Part shown: positions 51,683-56,334 of the stretch, in pieces
Layout: the number at the start of each line of letters is the position of its first letter
Position numbering within the stretch: position 1 is the first letter of the stretch
Assembly (NCBI GenBank): GCA_000320545.1
Contig: ADNK01003043.1
Span: forward strand, 1-56,334
Reading direction: 5' to 3'
From: Bigelowiella natans CCMP2755
Lineage: Eukaryota > Protista > Cercozoa
DNA: 56,334 nt
The notes under the pieces: model-generated
The model's database searches: none
Told to the model about the DNA's origin: nothing
What the model saw: only the letters and a program-made list of their open reading frames with translations
Made by a program: the position numbers and the translations under genes

Positions 51683-53989
51683 TCAATACCTGCTGGATGA
51701 GTTTGTATCTTGAACCCTAACGATTATCTCCAGCCGGTCTTTTCTGTACAGCACTTTGTAATGCTTAGAGAGCTCATACGAGGGGATTCTCCCGCGGATG
51801 TTGCCGTCTCGAGCTCGGATCAGCCAGTCGTGCATCAGATCCATAGACTTGTGAGAAGGAAGGGGAAGCGACCACCGCTCCATGAGCCTTTTGAAAATCC
51901 CAGGCCACATAGGCTTCGACGAGTAGATCCACGGATTCAGCGGCAGCGAAACGGTTCTCTCCTCGTCGTTGACCTCGACAGTCCCCCAGTACGCCTCGAG
52001 CTGCGCGCGGAACGACTCGGAGAGGAACTCAAGATGGTCAGAAAGGCGCTCCAGGCCCGGGATGAGGAGGGGCATATTAGCGTGGAGGAACGGCAGGACC
52101 TCGTCCCGCATCTTCCCTCGATCGCACCATTTCGGCGTTGAGTCCCATAGGTGCGGGATACCTAGATAGTCGGCGTCGTGGTACAGCTGTGCCTTGTTCA
52201 CGCGCAAGAGCGGCCTCCAAATCACCACGTCTTGCTCCTCTCCGATCTCCGCCATGCCGCGCAGTTGCTCGTACTTCTGGCCTTTGGCCACGTTTGAGAG
52301 CAAGTTCTCCCAGGTGTCCTGTCGGTTGTGGCCAAGCAAGACTGGATTTTGCATTATCATCTCATGTGTGATAGGGGCCTCCTCCTCCCCCCCCCCCTCC
52401 CCTCCGTGTGCTCTCATCGTCACCCGGAGCGTTTCTGCAATGGCAGCCTTGTAGACGTCGAAGCGAATCTCGCGGGTAATCTCCTCGTAGAAGCTCCTGT
52501 CCTTATCACGCGTCCGCTGAACCTCGGATATCCGCCGGGTAAACAGCGGCACGTCGAGCATTCGACACCAAGCTTCAACGAAACTTGCCTCGTGGTCCGC
52601 AGTGATGCGGTTAGCATAGTTAATGTGCACAGCGACGAGCACAGGTTTTGGCTGCTGCTCGGTAGCTCGAATCTTCTCCAAAGCACACTTTGCAGCGAAA
52701 AGCAGCGCCATCGAGTCAACGCCACCTGACACCGAGACCGTCAGTACACGCACGCCGCTGTCGGTAGGCTGCTCAAGCTGTGCCTTGAAGAAGCGGCAGA
52801 CCTCCTTCACGGTATCCAGCTCATACACGTACTTCCCGTCTTGGGTTTTACGGTCATTCACGGCCATAAGTGTCGTATTGATATCGGGGGTAGATTCGAG
52901 GATGGGTCGGAAACTCTCCCAACTGGCCCCCGCGCCCACGGCGGTACGCTCACGTTTCTGCCCGGCGGCTTCTAAGCTGACCATCAGGATGCTTTCCCGG
53001 TTAGCTACTTTGGCCTGAGCTTTCAACGTCGCTTTCTCGAACCGGTTCCAAAGAGCCTCGTCCTCTTCGCTGAGGCCGCCTTGCGCCACTCTTTGCTTCA
53101 CGAGTTTACGTTGCCACTGCCTCACGTGCTGGAGGGCGTCAGCACTGAAGAGGTGCCGCCAGGGCATCAGCAAGAATACCTGCCAGCTCGTCGGCCATCG
53201 GTAAACCTCATTGAGCCGATGTTGTAGTAGAAACCTCGTGCAATTAACAGCGTACGGCGATGCGATGTCCACAACTTCTAGAGCGCTGTGCAACCGTCGA
53301 TAGTGCCGCGACACCTGATCCCACAGAACGACGTGTGCAAGGAGCTGGTCCGAAGGCAAACTACGGAACTCTTTCTCAAGGGAACCCGCTTTCGTTCCGA
53401 GCAGACTCTGTGGAATTGAGGAGATTTCAGGCAAAAATTCTGCACATATTTTCTCGTCGAAGCGTTGATCCGTGCTAAACCAATGCCTGGAGCTTTCGAA
53501 CCAGAGAGCCAGGAGCCGGCTACACGTGGATTTCGACATCAACCAGCTCGGGCGCGCTTCTTCTGTTTGACTTCCTTCCCCCCTTTCTCCCACTGGTTGA
53601 GCCCTCTCCATCCCTGCCCCCCCAGAACCCCCAGCAAAGCCTTCCAGATTTGCCTTTGGCGGACGGAAGGATGATAGCCGGGATGAAACTCCAGAGATGC
53701 CTCCCAAGCCCCATTTTCCTGGGAAAACTCTTCTGGGCAGGTTGGTAGAAAGCCTCTGTTGAGTGCGGCCTCGAATCTTCACCCTGGCCCTGGAGGTGAA
53801 CGTCGGCCTTGAGCAGCCCACCCCCGCGGTGGTTATCCCCCCCCTGCCACCAACAGCTTTCGCATCAGCGCCGAGGCAGCAGCCGCCATTGTCCACCTCC
53901 CCGCAGTGGCTCCGCCAATTTACGAGGAAGACCCAGACTATCAGCCAGCGCCAACAAACCCATCCCTCGGAGCAGCGGGGGGGGCGCAT
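51683..53989 (-). CDS. tilS: tRNA(Ile)-lysidine synthetase (PP-loop) fused to an N-terminal DUF924-like helical domain; intronless, probable bipartite plastid leader
   Basis: VSVSGGVDSMAL, VHINYANR, R.IRFDVY, LGHNRQD..EN, IWRPLL, DSTPKWCDRGKMRD. N-terminal WF..FDEKI..VVLWDQVSRH..FLLMPWRH. Likely start MRPPRC at 53989 with a hydrophobic stretch and an Arg/Ser/Gly-rich segment. Confidence 0.9.
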   Translation of the reverse strand: MRPPRCSEGWVCWRWLIVWVFLVNWRSHCGEVDNGGCCLGADAKAVGGRGGITTAGVGCSRPTFTSRARVKIRGRTQQRLSTNLPRRVFPGKWGLGGISGVSSRLSSFRPPKANLEGFAGGSGGAGMERAQPVGERGEGSQTEEARPSWLMSKSTCSRLLALWFESSRHWFSTDQRFDEKICAEFLPEISSIPQSLLGTKAGSLEKEFRSLPSDQLLAHVVLWDQVSRHYRRLHSALEVVDIASPYAVNCTRFLLQHRLNEVYRWPTSWQVFLLMPWRHLFSADALQHVRQWQRKLVKQRVAQGGLSEEDEALWNRFEKATLKAQAKVANRESILMVSLEAAGQKRERTAVGAGASWESFRPILESTPDINTTLMAVNDRKTQDGKYVYELDTVKEVCRFFKAQLEQPTDSGVRVLTVSVSGGVDSMALLFAAKCALEKIRATEQQPKPVLVAVHINYANRITADHEASFVEAWCRMLDVPLFTRRISEVQRTRDKDRSFYEEITREIRFDVYKAAIAETLRVTMRAHGGEGGGEEEAPITHEMIMQNPVLLGHNRQDTWENLLSNVAKGQKYEQLRGMAEIGEEQDVVIWRPLLRVNKAQLYHDADYLGIPHLWDSTPKWCDRGKMRDEVLPFLHANMPLLIPGLERLSDHLEFLSESFRAQLEAYWGTVEVNDEERTVSLPLNPWIYSSKPMWPGIFKRLMERWSLPLPSHKSMDLMHDWLIRARDGNIRGRIPSYELSKHYKVLYRKDRLEIIVRVQDTNSSSRY

Positions 53990-54099
53990 GGTAGCCGGTG
54001 CTTCAAGTCGTAAGAGTGAGACTTGCTGAAGTATTAGCGCTGTGGTTTGTTGTCGCAGAGCAAAAATGAATGGCGTTTTATGGATAAAATAAAAGGATG

Positions 54100-54376
54100 T
54101 TTTTCTGATGACCGAACTGCACAACGTCGTGGGTGCAGAAGCAAAACCCAGGATGAGAATCTCAGTGGCCGCGCTTGCGCGCATGCTTGTAGCTTGTGCT
54201 GGCTTGCATGGAGGCATCTGCAACGCTTCGGATGGATTTAGAATGCGCAGCTTCGCCCAAGTGGTGTGGTGTTCACATGTGATCCAGTGATGACTGCATC
54301 AATGTGGTGTTCATTTTTCTTCCGTCACGTACCCGTCGCTCACTCGATCAGTGCCAGAGTGAGGAGACACGCTTCG

Positions 54377-54410
<34 letters not shown>

Positions 54411-54900
54411 GTGCATGTGCACATGCAACACAATGACACGTCACAATGCAAAGAAGCAGCGCTGGCAAAACTTCCTCACCATCAACCCCTGAAACGCGCT
54501 CTGGCTAGCTAGCTAGCTGGCTACTTTGATTCGATTCAAAAAAAATGAAACGTTCTCCAGCAAGCAACAAATGGTGCACTTTGGGCAGGCCGCACGTGTC
54601 TTGCGATGACAGACATGTAATGTAATTGCGTGCGCGCAACATGATACGCAGGGCTACCAAGCTAGCAAGTACACGGCCGCGTGCATTGAGTTAACAATGC
54701 TGCTGTGGCTCGATGGCATCGATGCGGTCCGCGACGAGCATGCAAGCACGTCGTGCACGACACAGCGCAGCTGCGCACAGCAATTGCCTGACAGCGACAC
54801 GTAGCTCATGCACAAGGTGCCACAGCATGCATTTTCTGAGTGCATGATAGCATTTAGTTCGAAACCCCGGAATGAGCACGAGCTTTGTCATGTCGTAGAA
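54100..54900. other. Partially TpA-depleted intergenic tract
   Basis: TG/CA-rich; several 60-nt lines have no TA; gctagctagctagc retained at about 54504. Confidence 0.6.
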
Positions 54901-55011
54901 ACGCCACAGCAAACAGTGCATCCAAATGGTTCTGTTTTTCTCTGCCAGCCGGCCACATGATTTTCACATCGCTAGATCGCACAAATGCACATCGAATTAT
55001 GTCTCTCACTA

Positions 55012-55950
55012 TTACTTTGTGGCCTTGATCTCGGTCTTTCCCGTCTTCAAGAATTTCTTTATGTCGACAACCTGGGGGAAAATACAACTTTGATTGAGGT
55101 ACACTGAACACATGCAGGCCCTCTACATTAAGACACCATTCTTGAGAAGGGAACAACTATCCTGTCGCTCCCAATGCTTCTATGAACTATACGATACTGT
55201 GATATCACACACACTCTCTCTCTCCTTCCCGCTCCCTCCCTCCCTCCCTCCCTCCCTCCCTCGATAATACCCAGTCTACGAGCGCATTCTCCGTCTTTGT
55301 GCGGAAGGTATGTCTGCGAACAGATATAGTAAGCGATATGGCCAACGCGTATACAGAACAACAACTCAACACTGCAACGAAGGGATAAAGGCAGAAGATG
55401 TTGTTGTCAAGACGAATATAATGGAGCTGTGTTGTATGATGCTGCTGCCGCTGCTGCTTCTCCCACATTTTCGTCCCCGATCCGAAGAACCCTGACGTCG
55501 CCTCTTCAATCTCAAACGCGTGCTGGTCAATTTTCGGAGCCTGCAGAAGGCAAAGGAGGGGGAAAGGGGAGAGACAGCTCTGTCAATCTGGGCCTTCATA
55601 CGAAGAGAAATGAGCAGAAAAGTAACATCGTTCATGCGTGCGAAATTGCCGGAAACCGGCCATTTTCATCAATTGAAACAGCAGCAATGGCAGCGCCATT
55701 TCTCACCAAACGTATAACGGACTGGTGCAGCTGAATGGAAGAATGGGCTGTGCTAGCGTCCCTGATCATTTAATAAGCAAAGAGGTGCACAGAACACTCA
55801 TATAAGGATCTTCGTCGGCCGCCGTTCCATTAAAGATGATACGGGGCATGCACTTCACGTTGTGTGTTCGAGGCGAAAATGTCACCCCAACGACCTGCTA
55901 TTCATGACGTGCATGATCCCGGAATTTGTGATGACGCAATACATCTGAAT

Positions 55951-55982
<32 letters not shown>

Positions 55983-55986
55983 CATA

Positions 55987-56026
<40 letters not shown>

Positions 56027-56088
56027 AAATATGAAGACGGCACACAGATATATGTATTTTTGCTTCTAATAATTCTGCCTGCATTTTA

Positions 56089-56127
<39 letters not shown>

Positions 56128-56334
56128 TCTCCCTCCCTCTTTCTCTCTCTCTAGATCGTCGCGTAATCTATTTCGGTCGGCAGATCCTGCCCTTCTAGCA
56201 CCTTCGTCCACGACGAAAACCCCATCGTCTTGCTCATGCGGGAAAGATCTCCCACCTAATGTTTCCATGTACGTGCACACACACACACACACACACACAC
56301 GTCACCAATTTCATCTAACTGTATGAATAATATA
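55012..56334 (-). CDS. PH-domain protein, 3' exons only (5' part beyond window end)
   Basis: Spliced VGDLSRMSKTMGFSSWTK|MYCVITNSGIMHVMNSR|DASTAHSSIQL..IRL|APKIDQHAFEIEE..|HTFRTKTENALVDW|VVDIKKFL..KATK*. Complete PH pattern with the conserved Trp helix. Confidence 0.8.

Noticed and set aside
53990-54223. N-terminal extension of the 846-aa TilS ORF
   Set aside because: Lies in TpA-poor DNA where stop codons are scarce; a signal-like start exists at 53989.

Overview
Gene-dense, intron-rich eukaryotic nuclear DNA with GT-AG introns of about 50-300 nt that often contain (CA)n, (GA)n or (TA)n microsatellites. The Ser inserted at ubiquitin junctions ([12 protein letters not shown]) and bipartite-looking plastid leaders point to a rhizarian alga, most likely a chlorarachniophyte. 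Manual splicing supports about 15 genes: JmjC oxygenase (partial), an unknown 5-exon gene, sigma-class GST, a helical-domain/PH/SAM adaptor, a tri-ubiquitin fusion, a SAM methyltransferase, a probable plastid membrane protein, an NHL+EGF type I receptor, a hotdog thioesterase ending in SKL, Mis18, a WW-WW protein, a Kelch protein, a four-domain membrane alpha-carbonic anhydrase, DUF924-like/TilS and a PH protein (partial). There are also two pseudogenes. The most striking signal is patchy TpA-specific hypermutation. In tracts of 0.5-1.5 kb, TpA is almost erased (none in 15061-15698 or 18841-19336) and TpG/CpA is abundant. CpG is retained and the surviving TpAs are mostly in CTAG. A pseudogene inside one tract has no Tyr codons, excess Cys/His and an apparent GTA>GCA splice donor loss. 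This fits a two-strand, context-specific A-to-G mutator, a RIP-like process with adenine chemistry; the mechanism is inference. Exon boundaries and counts were read by eye.
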